Below, piece after piece: positions 32,747 to 43,748 of a stretch of 64,000 nucleotides of DNA. How positions within the stretch are numbered: position 1 is the first letter of the stretch; each line of letters begins with the position of its first letter. The notes beneath the pieces were generated by a model. It was not told where the DNA came from, ran no database searches, and saw only the letters and a program-made list of their open reading frames with translations. The DNA is from Tetramitus jugosus (taxonomy: Eukaryota; Protista; Heterolobosea), in assembly GCA_937625935.1 (NCBI GenBank), contig OW569389.1, forward strand, positions 124,001-188,000, written 5' to 3'. The position numbers and the translations under genes were made by a program.

Positions 32747-33537
32747 GAATGAGATTTTGTTTGGAACAATCATAGAGAAACCGAACTGGAGATATGGAGA
32801 CAAACACCTAAAGTACTTTTCGCTCTGAGGGATCACTCTTTGTGTAAATGATGGTCTAATTTATAAAAGCATATTGCGGGCGATAGATGTCCAATTATGG
32901 CGTTGAAGAACACGATTTGGATGTTTGGGATCCCAGCTTAACTGATTCGTGAATGAAGCTTGTTGTTGTTCCTCAGAATCTTGCGCTTTGTTCAAGATAT
33001 CGGACAATTTTTGAGTTGAAAGATGAGGTGGATATGAATGTGCATGAAAGATTTCATTCTACCCTTCATTTTAATGGTTCTCGATTCCAACATGAATGCA
33101 AGCATTAACATGCACCAACATCAGTTCAAGCTCCTTGCTTCATCGTCTTCCTCCTTCGAAGCCCTCAATGTTAGAAGTGAAGATTCAAGCAAGATCAGTA
33201 ATTGTGCAATGTTGAACATGTATTCAAAAAATCACAAACCGAAATATTCTGCTTCTTGAATAGGATTTCTCTTTTCCTCATCGCGTTTCTCATTATCTGT
33301 TTTGGGCCGAATTATCCGCCATAGACCACTCACCTGTCCCCCTTTGGCGGATAATTCAGCCCGCTGTCACGAAAGAAAAGTGCCCTCTCAAAAAACACAA
33401 GCTTTTTGCGCAGTGTTGAGTTGAGACGGCATAACTTGTTGCTCTATCATCTGGGGTTTTTCTTCTTGCGGAAAACACATCAAAAACACACATAATAACC
33501 ACACCCACCCATCACACGCACGCAACACAAAAACATC

Positions 33538-35325
33538 ATGTACAGAAACAACTCGAACAACTACAACAACAACAACAGTAATACCATGTCGTCTCAACAC
33601 AATACTGACAATGGTGGAGGTGACCTAGACTCCATGCACGGTGCACTAGCCATGATGATCTCAACAGATGAACCCAACGTACTCAAGGGTCACATGAAAC
33701 AAAAGGGAGTCTTCTCCACGTACAAGCGACACTTTTTCGTGTTGAATACGGAGAGTGGTGTGTTTAGCAAGTACAAGAAGAATGGATATGATGCAGCGAC
33801 AGAGGTGATTCGAGTCAATGAGACAACCAATGTTCAAATCATGCCCGGAATGAACCTCTCTGGCAAACCAAACACGATTGCCGTGTTTCGAAAGGGTCAT
33901 TCTCCAATGATCCTTTTCGCCGAATCGGAGTCGGAGTATCAAGTTTGGTTACAAGCGTTGGAGCTTGTGAATGCGGGAAAGCAGAATGTGATTGCGTTCA
34001 TGAGCTCGAATGGTGCAGATGGTGTCAATAATAACAATAATGCAAACTCGGCGCACAACAATACCGATACGGATGCAACAGACAATATGGATGGGGATCA
34101 AGCTTCTCTACATCAACAAAATATGGCAAAAAAGAACAAGGCAAGTCTATTGAGTGCATTGGAGGCTGTGCTTGATTGTGCTGTCATTTCTGATGACAGA
34201 GGAACCATTGTCGGTTTCAACAAGGCCGCCGAGCAAATGTTCGGTTGGGATCGAGCGGAGATTTTGGGAGAAAACGTAAAAGTGCTGATGCCGGACTATT
34301 ATGCAACGTATCATGACTCGTTCATGACCAAGTATTATCATACGGGGCATAAGAAGCTGATTGGTATTCCTAGAAATTTGATTGCAAAGCACAAGAATGG
34401 GTCAACCTTCTCCTTGTCGTTGTCTCTCGGTGAAGTCACCTCTCAATCACAGCAATCGACCAATAGCTTTGGAAGTGGTGGAAACAGTGGAAGAGGATTC
34501 TCCAGTCCTAACACTGCTTCTACGAGCACCACTGCGCGTGGATCCAGTGGTGACATTGCTTTTATTGCACTGTTTCGTTATGCGACATCGAACAATGAAA
34601 ATAAAGCAAGTAATGGTGGTAGTAGTGGTGGCGATTCAGAGAATTCCATGATGAACGATGTGACGCTGGGACAGGATTTGTCAGAGGAGTTCAAGAATGC
34701 AAAGGAGAGTGCACTGAAAACATCGAAACAGTTGATGAAATCGTACGAGTCAAAGTTGATGGGCGTGTATGATGAGATGCAGACAAAGGTGGTGCTCATG
34801 GAGAGTAAACTAGAGATTCTAGAGAAGGAAAATCAGAGATTGACCAACCGAATGAGGTATCAAGTAGAGCAGGAGAAGCTCTTGCAAGAGGAGTTGGCTG
34901 TGCTGCAAGAAACACCAGAGCGCATCATTGTCAAGAAATTGTTGAGAAACAAGGACGCGTGCAGAGCGTTCCAAAAGTTTTGTCAAACTGAGAGCAAGAC
35001 CATACAGAATGCCATTCATTTCTTCCGTGATGCAGACAAGTTCCAACAACGGTTCGACAGCGAGGGAACATGCCTAGAATTTAATCACTTGGACGAGAAG
35101 ACTGAAATGCACACGAGTGCATACAGCATTTACACAAAGTACATTGAGTCACATGGAGTTCCAATCTCAGATTCCATGGAACTGTATTTTGAGAACCATT
35201 TGGCAACTCCTACACCAACCATGTTTGGTCCTCTGCAAACTGAAGTGGTCGATCTGTTGAAGGGCTCCCTGTACAAGAAATTTGCAGACAGTGCCGATGG
35301 AAAGAAGGTTCTCGCCACTATTTAA
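33538..35325 (+). CDS. PH - FixL-type PAS - coiled coil - RGS protein
   Basis: LKGHMKQKGVFSTYKRHFFVL...YQVWLQAL (PH); DDRGTIVGFNKAAEQMFGWDRAEILGENVKVLMP...HDSFMTKYYHTGHKKLIGIPR (PAS); AFQKFCQTE...IYTKYI...LYKKF (RGS). Confidence 0.87.
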   Translation: MYRNNSNNYNNNNSNTMSSQHNTDNGGGDLDSMHGALAMMISTDEPNVLKGHMKQKGVFSTYKRHFFVLNTESGVFSKYKKNGYDAATEVIRVNETTNVQIMPGMNLSGKPNTIAVFRKGHSPMILFAESESEYQVWLQALELVNAGKQNVIAFMSSNGADGVNNNNNANSAHNNTDTDATDNMDGDQASLHQQNMAKKNKASLLSALEAVLDCAVISDDRGTIVGFNKAAEQMFGWDRAEILGENVKVLMPDYYATYHDSFMTKYYHTGHKKLIGIPRNLIAKHKNGSTFSLSLSLGEVTSQSQQSTNSFGSGGNSGRGFSSPNTASTSTTARGSSGDIAFIALFRYATSNNENKASNGGSSGGDSENSMMNDVTLGQDLSEEFKNAKESALKTSKQLMKSYESKLMGVYDEMQTKVVLMESKLEILEKENQRLTNRMRYQVEQEKLLQEELAVLQETPERIIVKKLLRNKDACRAFQKFCQTESKTIQNAIHFFRDADKFQQRFDSEGTCLEFNHLDEKTEMHTSAYSIYTKYIESHGVPISDSMELYFENHLATPTPTMFGPLQTEVVDLLKGSLYKKFADSADGKKVLATI

Positions 35326-35604
35326 ACACAATATGGATTACGGTATACAGTGAAACAATCAGAAGGACAATATCATTTTGTTTTTGCTTGCTTTATTTCT
35401 ATTGAATGTATTTACAACCACACATACACACATATATACACACGCACACACAGACACTCTTACATGCCTCGTACTAGACACACAGTCACTCTTGGTCAAT
35501 CATCCAGTGCTTACAATTCAGGATTGTTGGATACAGGTGATTGATTTCAACTCTTGGATGACTTGCGTTCGGTATAAGGTATGTCAACACATGAACCCGC
35601 ACGG

Positions 35605-35982
35605 TCAGTGTCGGTTCACCCAACCCTTTGCAATTTCTTTGTCAAACTTCCTCCTGAGGGCAGCACCTGAACCAAAGGCATCTTCGAAGAAATCAGCTTG
35701 ACCACAATCAGAAAAGTCCTGCTCAGCATCGAACACTTTGGAATCGTCAGCCACTTCCACCGATTTGGCATAGGTTGCATGCCAGTCAATGGAACTAAAG
35801 TAATGAGAGCCCGATGCTTGAGAATCGTCTCTCATTGGTTTACCATTGTTGTTGTTCGTGGTTCTAGTGGCCATTGCATTCATGGAGACATTTGTGCTAA
35901 AGGAGCACATCTTTTGTTGCTGCTGAGGTCTTGACTGTTGTTGAATCAATCTAGTTGACACGATAAACTTTCTTGCTTGCAT
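35605..35982 (-). CDS. Small hypothetical protein with possible mitochondrial presequence
   Basis: 125-aa ORF with A-rich ATG context and Arg/Ser/Thr-rich N-terminus lacking acidic residues; no family recognised. Confidence 0.55.
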   Translation of the reverse strand: MQARKFIVSTRLIQQQSRPQQQQKMCSFSTNVSMNAMATRTTNNNNGKPMRDDSQASGSHYFSSIDWHATYAKSVEVADDSKVFDAEQDFSDCGQADFFEDAFGSGAALRRKFDKEIAKGWVNRH

Positions 35983-36745
35983 CTTTATTGTTGTCGTTGA
36001 TAGTTTGTTGTTGTTGAAGTAGGAGGAAGGTTGGTTTCTAAAAGTGGAGTTTATGGAAAGGTGAAAGGAAAGGGAGTATATATATGTTTTTCTGCTAATA
36101 GTGCTCTATAGCCAGGTGAGTTTGAGTGGTTTTCTTTTGTTAGTTTTGAATAATGATTCACAAGAAGGGTGCTGGATGAAAATTTATAAAGAAACAGCTT
36201 CAATGACTCTCAGAGATCCGGAGCAGCAAGACATGTAAATATATCTATGGTGTTGTTTGGTCTTCTGTTGTATTATTTATCAAGAGATAATTAAAGTACC
36301 CTAGTAACCACATGATCACTCCTTATTTATGACAATAAAACCCAATAGTGCAACCCAGATCCCCTCGCTCGCTTTCCCCTTACCAGCAAGTAGAAATAAA
36401 TCAGCGACTTGTGTGGAGAATCAATATTGATCAGTCAATCACTTGGCTTCTCCGATGATCTTGCCTTCCAATAAAAACAGGGCATTTCGCTTCCAATAAA
36501 AATAAGCACAACGTTGAATCGATTTCGGAGTTGGAAGGAATTCCTCAAGTTCCAGAAATAAAGAAATTTTCCGACCCCAGTCAACGGAGTCAATCCAATA
36601 AAAGTTTCACATAAGTACTTGATCGCCATTTCTTTCTCTACCTTTTTCCCTGACCATATTATCAAAACAACTCGTTTACCAGGAATTCCAGCCTCGAGCA
36701 AGACCAAAACGAACAATCCCTACAGCACCTGACGAGAAAGTGAAA

Positions 36746-38512
36746 ATGTCAAGCACAACCAAACCTTTTCCCTCGATGGCAGGGTTCGCATCGTCTCTGA
36801 CGGATGAAAATGAGGTTCCCCAGTGGATCCAAACACAACTCAACACTTTTACCAACTGGTGCAACACAACTATTCAAAAAAATCCCAGAGCAATCAGGGA
36901 AAACTTTCAACCCATGGTTGACCTTATTCAGGGACTCTACTCTGGCGTCAACTTGATGTACTTGGCAATTCAAATGACCGGTCGGGATAATGTGAACTTT
37001 AATCGTAAACCCACTCTCCGAATTCAGTGCATCCAAAATGTTCAAACAGCATTGGACATGTTTCAGCAGGACGGAGTTCGATTTGTAAACATTTCCGCGA
37101 ATGAAATTTGTCAAGGAAATTTGAAGTTGATTCTTGGGCTCATCTGGACAATTATTCGACATTATGAAGCCATTCACCTACCAACAAACAAGAGAGGTGA
37201 AGGACTAGGGGTCCCTGGACCCTTTTCTTCCACCTCTCAAGACTCTCGAATGTCCAGTGGTGATTCTCACAAGGAAAAACTGCGCAACTGGATTGAGTTA
37301 ATGACAGGTATTCGTCCCAGTAACTTTACAACTAGTTTCCAGGATGGTGATATTATCATGAAACTCGTTCAAAGATTACAAGAAGACAATCAACTGAGTC
37401 CCATGATCGATGATATGAACGATAGTCCGATCCTTAGAACAACAAAGGCCATGGAAGCAGCAAGAGAAGAATTCCGTGTCCCTATCATCATGAAACCAAG
37501 TGATATTGTTTATTCACCAGATGAGTTGTCAATGATGACCTACCTGATTTGTATGAACGCCAGTATGAAGGAATTTAAAGAGAGATTGGAGAGAGAAAAG
37601 AGCAAAGCATCTTTTGCTCGTTCACAGCAACCACCTATCTCAGCCAGTGCACCATCAATGAAGCAAGAAGATCATTTCGAAACCAAAGATAGAGACTATG
37701 ATTACTCAGAGTTCGCACGAAACCGAGCCGATGAAGATGACTATGGCACTTATACTCAGACTTCTCGTCGAACAAGTAACAGAGGCTACGACTATGAGAA
37801 TGAATTTCCAGAGGATATTTATCCAAGTTTTTCTCATGAAGAGCATCACTTTTACGATTTTGATGATGAGAGTGTGGATGCCGGTTCTCCTGTGATGCCA
37901 CCTCCTCCGCCACCAGAATTCAATCGAAACAAAGTTACCACTACAACTACTACTGTTGCAACAAGAAAAGCGCCACCAATTCCTCCAAAATTACCTCGTC
38001 GAACGACATCCACTACTGAGCAACGCTCAGAGCGCCGTCGTGACCAGCATGATGACTACGATCAATCTCGTTCAGACAACTATTATCCTGAGCAACAGCA
38101 AGAACATTATGGAGCAGAAAGATATGGACCTTACTCTGCCTATGGCCATCCGAGTGGTTACCACTCAGAAGTTCAGAACATGTACTATGATCACCACTAC
38201 TATCCACAACAACCAATGAATCCACCCCCACGCAGAACATTGCCTCCAGTTCCATATGGTCCTCAGCACGCTCATGCCATGTATCAGCATACTCATTATT
38301 CGACCAATCACTTTATAGCACCTCCACCTCCTCCAGCGCCCGTCACGGTCACCCAGACCACTAGAACTGTTCGACACGAAGTCCCTGCTCCAGTTACTAC
38401 GAGCAATGTGACAACCACATCCACCAATTCCACTGCCAATTCATCATTTGTGATTGTTGGAGATAGAAGATCGATGAAACGAGTGATGAAGAAAGGAGTT
38501 TTCATTTTGTAA
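36746..38512 (+). CDS. Tandem calponin-homology (filamin/actinin-type actin-binding) protein with Pro/Tyr-rich tail
   Basis: WIQTQLNTFTNWCN, NISANEICQGNLKLILGLIWTII, NFTTSFQDG, PDELSMMTYL. Confidence 0.88.
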   Translation: MSSTTKPFPSMAGFASSLTDENEVPQWIQTQLNTFTNWCNTTIQKNPRAIRENFQPMVDLIQGLYSGVNLMYLAIQMTGRDNVNFNRKPTLRIQCIQNVQTALDMFQQDGVRFVNISANEICQGNLKLILGLIWTIIRHYEAIHLPTNKRGEGLGVPGPFSSTSQDSRMSSGDSHKEKLRNWIELMTGIRPSNFTTSFQDGDIIMKLVQRLQEDNQLSPMIDDMNDSPILRTTKAMEAAREEFRVPIIMKPSDIVYSPDELSMMTYLICMNASMKEFKERLEREKSKASFARSQQPPISASAPSMKQEDHFETKDRDYDYSEFARNRADEDDYGTYTQTSRRTSNRGYDYENEFPEDIYPSFSHEEHHFYDFDDESVDAGSPVMPPPPPPEFNRNKVTTTTTTVATRKAPPIPPKLPRRTTSTTEQRSERRRDQHDDYDQSRSDNYYPEQQQEHYGAERYGPYSAYGHPSGYHSEVQNMYYDHHYYPQQPMNPPPRRTLPPVPYGPQHAHAMYQHTHYSTNHFIAPPPPPAPVTVTQTTRTVRHEVPAPVTTSNVTTTSTNSTANSSFVIVGDRRSMKRVMKKGVFIL

Positions 38513-38762
38513 TACAAACCGACCACTTTTTCTTTCCGTAGTTGTCAAATTTCTTCCGCCACCAGTTCGGATAATTTCACATCGGGAAATAACATTTCGT
38601 CCGTTGTAAATATTACATTACAACAACAAAATTCGTTTCACACAGAGTTTGGGCATGTCGTGAGCTGACCCGCGCGGGCCCAAATGTCCCGCCTTCCCCA
38701 CAACAAACAACATCCTCTTTCAACAAACACAAGAGAAAAAAAAAGCAAAACAACAGTCAGTC

Positions 38763-39068
38763 ATGTTTTTCAAGTTCACATCTCAAGTCGCCATCTTCTC
38801 CGCCATCACCGGAAGTGCATTTGCTGTCAACCAATGGTCAAGTTCATGGTTCGCAGTGCCTGCCACTCACAACCCTGAAACTGCAGCTCTCGAACACAAA
38901 AAGTATCATTTCCCAGGAGACAAGAGAGATCCATTGTTCTTTAACCATTCGCAAAATTCGACATTGAACTGGCCAAAGTGGGACAGAAGAGATGACCCTG
39001 AAGACAATGTGTTCCAAATCGCTACCAGTGGAGCAGCTCCAGAAGAAGAGGAGGAAGATGAGGAATAA
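38763..39068 (+). CDS. Small hypothetical protein with hydrophobic N-terminus and acidic C-terminus
   Basis: 101-aa ORF between AT-rich flanks; no family recognised. Confidence 0.6.
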   Translation: MFFKFTSQVAIFSAITGSAFAVNQWSSSWFAVPATHNPETAALEHKKYHFPGDKRDPLFFNHSQNSTLNWPKWDRRDDPEDNVFQIATSGAAPEEEEEDEE

Positions 39069-39243
39069 ATTATAAATTCGTAGTGTCTTGTTCAATAAAT
39101 GCAACATCTCTATTTTGTAAAGTAAAAAAAATGCTTTTGGATAACGAAGAACTCAAATTGGTTTTTTCGAAAGAAGAAACAATTGTGCCCTCGCAGTTAC
39201 TGGCTTTCACCGAGGAATGGAGGTGCAATCTTGATCAGCACGC

Positions 39244-41336
39244 ATGGTTTCTGTTCGCACATCAGAAGACGAACTCAGGAACTCAACAAAAAACCACCTG
39301 AAACCAAGAAGAAACAATAACCACATCATGTCTACGTCTTCTTCGTCTGCTGCATCCTTTTATCATCAACAGATTAGATTGTTGATGGTTGCTCCCGAGT
39401 TAAAGTCTTTTCCCATTCCTAAGCCTTGTTCAGTGTCTGGTTCATGGTATGCCACTGAGAGCTATCCAACCAAGATTGGTTCGTTTGTGGTACTGAGTCA
39501 TGCATCTTCTTTGACATCATCCAAGGATGTCAAGCTAGTTGCTTCTACGACTCCTAACAAGACAGCTTATTTCCTTGGTGACAGTACATTCTCTTCATTC
39601 ATGCCTCAACCTCATGGCAATTTAGAGGAGCCTTTACCTTTTCGAGGAAAAGGGGAAATTTATGACAATAGCAGTCTGAAATCAAAGTTTCACTTGGCTT
39701 ATTTTCCTTCAATGGGTACACCCACCGTTTTTGGAGTGGTTGATCATGATGGAGAGGTAACGATCATGGGTGGATTAGGTCACTGGACAAGGAATGTATT
39801 CAAGAATGCTGATGATCCATTTGTTCGAATTGCTCTCAGCAAGAGAAACATTGTTCTTCTCTCGAGAGATGGTGTTTTGAAGAGTGTTGGTTATTCATTT
39901 GACGGAATTCGTGGTTTCAAACATTGGCCAGAACATAGCCCAGATTTTGTTCTGAGCAAGGTGGAGATTGATGACGTTAAGATTGTTCAAGTGTCTGGTG
40001 GCATATTTCATTTCAGTGCTCTTTCTGACACTGGTGATGTGTATGCTTGGGGAAGGAACAATCGACAACAATGTGCAATGTGTCCCACCCGATTTCCTTA
40101 TTTTTCCAAGCCAAACAAGGTGAAGGGATTACCTCAAATTATAGCAGTAGAATCTGGTAAGTATTTTACCCTTGCATTATCTACAACTTTAAAGCTATAT
40201 GGATGGGGAGGACGATCCATAGAATTCAGAACGCCTCGAATCGTTGACATTCCAAACAATGAAACTCCATTGAAGATATCAGCCAACGGTGGCACTTTCT
40301 TTGCAGTACTCACAGACAGAGGGAATGTGTACCTATTCTCTGAAAACTTCACTTTGGTTAGACATCTGAACAATGAGACTGGAGTTTCAAGAACTGATGC
40401 CCTGATTGTTAGTATCGCAGCTGGTCATGGAAGGCTGTCTCTTGTTGAATTTCATGATAGAAACAATCCCAATTTAATATTATTCCAAGAGAATCTGGCT
40501 CATGATTTGATCCAGGCTTGCTTCAGGCAAAAAGTCAATCTGCTGTGGTAGTCAAATTCCAAGATCGAGTGTTTAAATTGCACAGAGGAATCCTTGCTGC
40601 CAGATCAGTGTTGCTTGAGAATCTCTTCTCAGAAGAGAAAGAGGAGTATGATGTGACCAGTTATGTCCCATCCACAACAACACCTGGTCTCTTTGCTTCT
40701 GCGATTGACTTCATTTATTCTGCAATAGTACCAAGCGGTGACAAGAATGCAATTGGGGTGATTTCTCCAATCATCAAAGGATTGGAAGTTCGGACAGAAT
40801 TGGGAGAAGATGTTGTTTACAATTTGAAGCAAGAGTTGATCAGAGACATTGGAAGTATGATCACCAAAGATGAGCAAAAGGCAAAGATTTTTGGATCAGA
40901 TGTCACTTTCACATTCAAGGATTCAGACACGAAACTCTTTGCTCACAAGTTCATCTTGACAAAGAGATCTCCATATTTCAGTGCAATGTTCAACTCTGGA
41001 CTGAGCGAATCTCACAGTTCTATTGTCGAAATGGTTGATGTTTCTGAACAAGTTCTTCAATTGATATTGAATTACATCTACACTGGAAAGGTTGATTCAT
41101 CGAGCATCACAATTGACAATTGCATTGAAGCAATGATTACTGCGAATGAATATGATGAACAAGGATTGTGCATGTTCATTGAAGATCAAGTTGTTCGATT
41201 GATTGATCTTGAGACTGTTCATGTGTTGTCTGACTTGGCCAAGAGATTCAAGTTCAGTTATCTTGATGAAAGATGCGAGTTCTTCATGCATTGTCATGCC
41301 GATGTCTTGAAACACTTTGGAAGCAACATAAATTAA
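39244..41336 (+). pseudogene. RCC1 + tandem BTB protein split by a 1-nt frameshift (~40516); pseudogene or sequence error
   Basis: ORF 39244-40551 (RCC1: SGGIFHFSALSDTGDVYAWGRN) plus ORF 40518-41336 (BTB: FAHKFILTKRSPYFSAMF) together equal the intact paralog 41666-43708. Confidence 0.75.
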
Positions 41337-41665
41337 AGGAGATTCTAGGTTCTAGACTAGAATACAAAAATTTCAAATGTTCAATTTATCGGCAGTCTAC
41401 AATCCATCGTGAGCTTGCTAATTTTATTGAGAGCTTTGATAATTTATTGCATTGCTCCTGTTGTGTACTCTTGTATCGTGTGTTTTTTCGATAATTTGTT
41501 CGTCGTAACCTTGGTGTTGATTTTGGCTCTTGGTAACCGTAGTCGCGGAGCACATCCCAAAAAGTTCCCACAGGGACTGCAATTGCGAACATGAAGTTGG
41601 AGTCAAAAATCTTCTCTTGGTGAAAAACTCAAGCTTCCACAAAATCACAAAAAACACTCAGCAAC

Positions 41666-43708
41666 ATGTCCATCGCCGCTCTCCCCAAAGGTAGTAGCAA
41701 TGAATATTATCATCAAGTGAGATGGATTCCCCTCCAACCATTTGTTCACTCCAAGGGTACAGAGTACAATGATCCCAAAAGCTTCCAATTCCCAATTACT
41801 GGCTCTTGGCATGCGGCACAGTGTCATTCAAGCAAGTTTGGAGCAGTTGTTGTGTTGAACAAGGCTCAATCAAAGGATTCTTCCAAGAAACCACAAAAGG
41901 CCAAGAAGAAGGCTTATCGTGCAGAGGTGGCCATCAGGGGCAATAATCGAAGTTTCAGGGAACACACAGAGTCCGCTTTTCAGGCCAAGCATGCAGCTAA
42001 TACTCTTTGTTGTGAGTATTGGACTGAAGCACCAGTGATCTCTTCCATGATTCACTTTGCAAATTATCCTGCCCATGGTACAAACATCTACTTTGGAATG
42101 GTTGAGCAGAATGGAGAGGCTCACATCTTGCTTCGAGATTCATTCAAGAGTATGACATTCAAGAATGCTGATGATCCATTTGTTCGCATAGCTCTCAGCA
42201 AGAGAAGCATTGTTCTTCTCTCGAGAGATGGTGTCTTGAGAAGTTCTGGTTATTCATTTGACGGAATTCGTGGTTTCAAACAGTGGCCAGAATATACCTT
42301 TGATGCAGTTTTGCAACAGTTGAAATTGGAGGATGTTGAAGATGTCAAATTTGTTCAGGTGTCTGGAGGAATGTTTCACTTCTGTGCTCTTTCAGACTCT
42401 GGTGATGTGTATGCTTGGGGAAGAAACAACAAGTGCCAATGTGCTGTGAGATCAGAATCTTCTTCTTTCTTTTCACAAGCAACCAAAGTGCAAGGATTGC
42501 CAGAGCCAGTGATCTCTGTCGAAGCTGGCAAGTATTTCAGTCTTGCGTTGTCCAAGTCTTTGAAACTTTATGTCTGGGGTGGATCTCCAAGGAACTATGA
42601 ACCACGCATCATCGACTTGCCAAATAATGAAACACCATTGAAGATATCAGCCAATGGATCCATTTACTTTGCCATACTGACAGACAGAGGAAATGTGTAT
42701 TTGTATTCTGATGATTTCACTCTCATCAAACGACTGAACAATGAGACTGGGGTTTCCAATGTTGGAGCACATATTGTGAACATCTCGACTGGTCATAGCA
42801 ATCTTTCTCTTGTTGAATTCCATGACAGACACAATCCAAAGTCAAAAACTTCTCAAGAGAATTTGCCAAAAGATTTGTTATCGGTGCTGCAGAACTCGCA
42901 TCAATCATATGATGTGAACGTCAAATTCCAAGATCGAGTGTTTAAATTGCACAGAGGAATCCTTGCTGCCAGATCAGTGTTGTTTGAGAATCTCTTCTCT
43001 GAAGAGAAAGAAGAGTATGATGTGACCAGTTATGTCCCATCCACAACAACACCTGGTCTCTTTGCTTCTGCGATTGACTTCATTTATTCTGCAATAGTAC
43101 CAGGTGACAAGAATGCAGTTGAGGTGATTTCTCCAATCATCAAAGGATTGGAAGTTCGGACAGAGTTGGGAGAAGATGTTGTTTACAATTTGAAGCAAGA
43201 GTTGATCAGAGACATTGGAAGTATGATCACCAAAGATGAGCAAAAGGCAAAGATTTTTGGATCAGATGTCACTTTCACATTCAAGGATTCAGACACGAAA
43301 CTCTTTGCTCACAAGTTCATCTTGACAAAGAGATCTCCATATTTCAGTGCAATGTTCAACTCTGGACTGAGCGAATCTCACAGTTCGATTGTCGAAATGG
43401 TCGATGTTTCTGAACAAGTTCTTCAATTGATATTGAATTACATCTACACTGGGAAGGTTGATTCATCGAGCATCACAATTGACAATTGCATTGAAGCAAT
43501 GATCACTGCGAATGAATATGATGAACAAGGATTGTGCATGTTCATTGAAGATCAAGTTGTTCGATTGATTGATCTTGAAACGGTTCATGTGTTGTCTGAC
43601 TTGGCCAAGAGATTCAAGTTCAGTTATCTTGATGAAAGATGTGAGTTCTTCATGCATTGTCATGCCGATGTCTTGAAACACTTTGGTAACAAAGATGGGA
43701 ATAAATAA
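41666..43708 (+). CDS. RCC1 + tandem BTB/POZ protein (Cullin-3 adaptor-like)
   Basis: RCC1 repeats, then FKLHRGILAARS and SDVTF...AHKFILTKRSPYFSAMF BTB domains. Confidence 0.9.
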   Translation: MSIAALPKGSSNEYYHQVRWIPLQPFVHSKGTEYNDPKSFQFPITGSWHAAQCHSSKFGAVVVLNKAQSKDSSKKPQKAKKKAYRAEVAIRGNNRSFREHTESAFQAKHAANTLCCEYWTEAPVISSMIHFANYPAHGTNIYFGMVEQNGEAHILLRDSFKSMTFKNADDPFVRIALSKRSIVLLSRDGVLRSSGYSFDGIRGFKQWPEYTFDAVLQQLKLEDVEDVKFVQVSGGMFHFCALSDSGDVYAWGRNNKCQCAVRSESSSFFSQATKVQGLPEPVISVEAGKYFSLALSKSLKLYVWGGSPRNYEPRIIDLPNNETPLKISANGSIYFAILTDRGNVYLYSDDFTLIKRLNNETGVSNVGAHIVNISTGHSNLSLVEFHDRHNPKSKTSQENLPKDLLSVLQNSHQSYDVNVKFQDRVFKLHRGILAARSVLFENLFSEEKEEYDVTSYVPSTTTPGLFASAIDFIYSAIVPGDKNAVEVISPIIKGLEVRTELGEDVVYNLKQELIRDIGSMITKDEQKAKIFGSDVTFTFKDSDTKLFAHKFILTKRSPYFSAMFNSGLSESHSSIVEMVDVSEQVLQLILNYIYTGKVDSSSITIDNCIEAMITANEYDEQGLCMFIEDQVVRLIDLETVHVLSDLAKRFKFSYLDERCEFFMHCHADVLKHFGNKDGNK

Positions 43709-43748
43709 GAATTCAGCGATATTTCCTCAAACATGTCTCGTATGTAGT

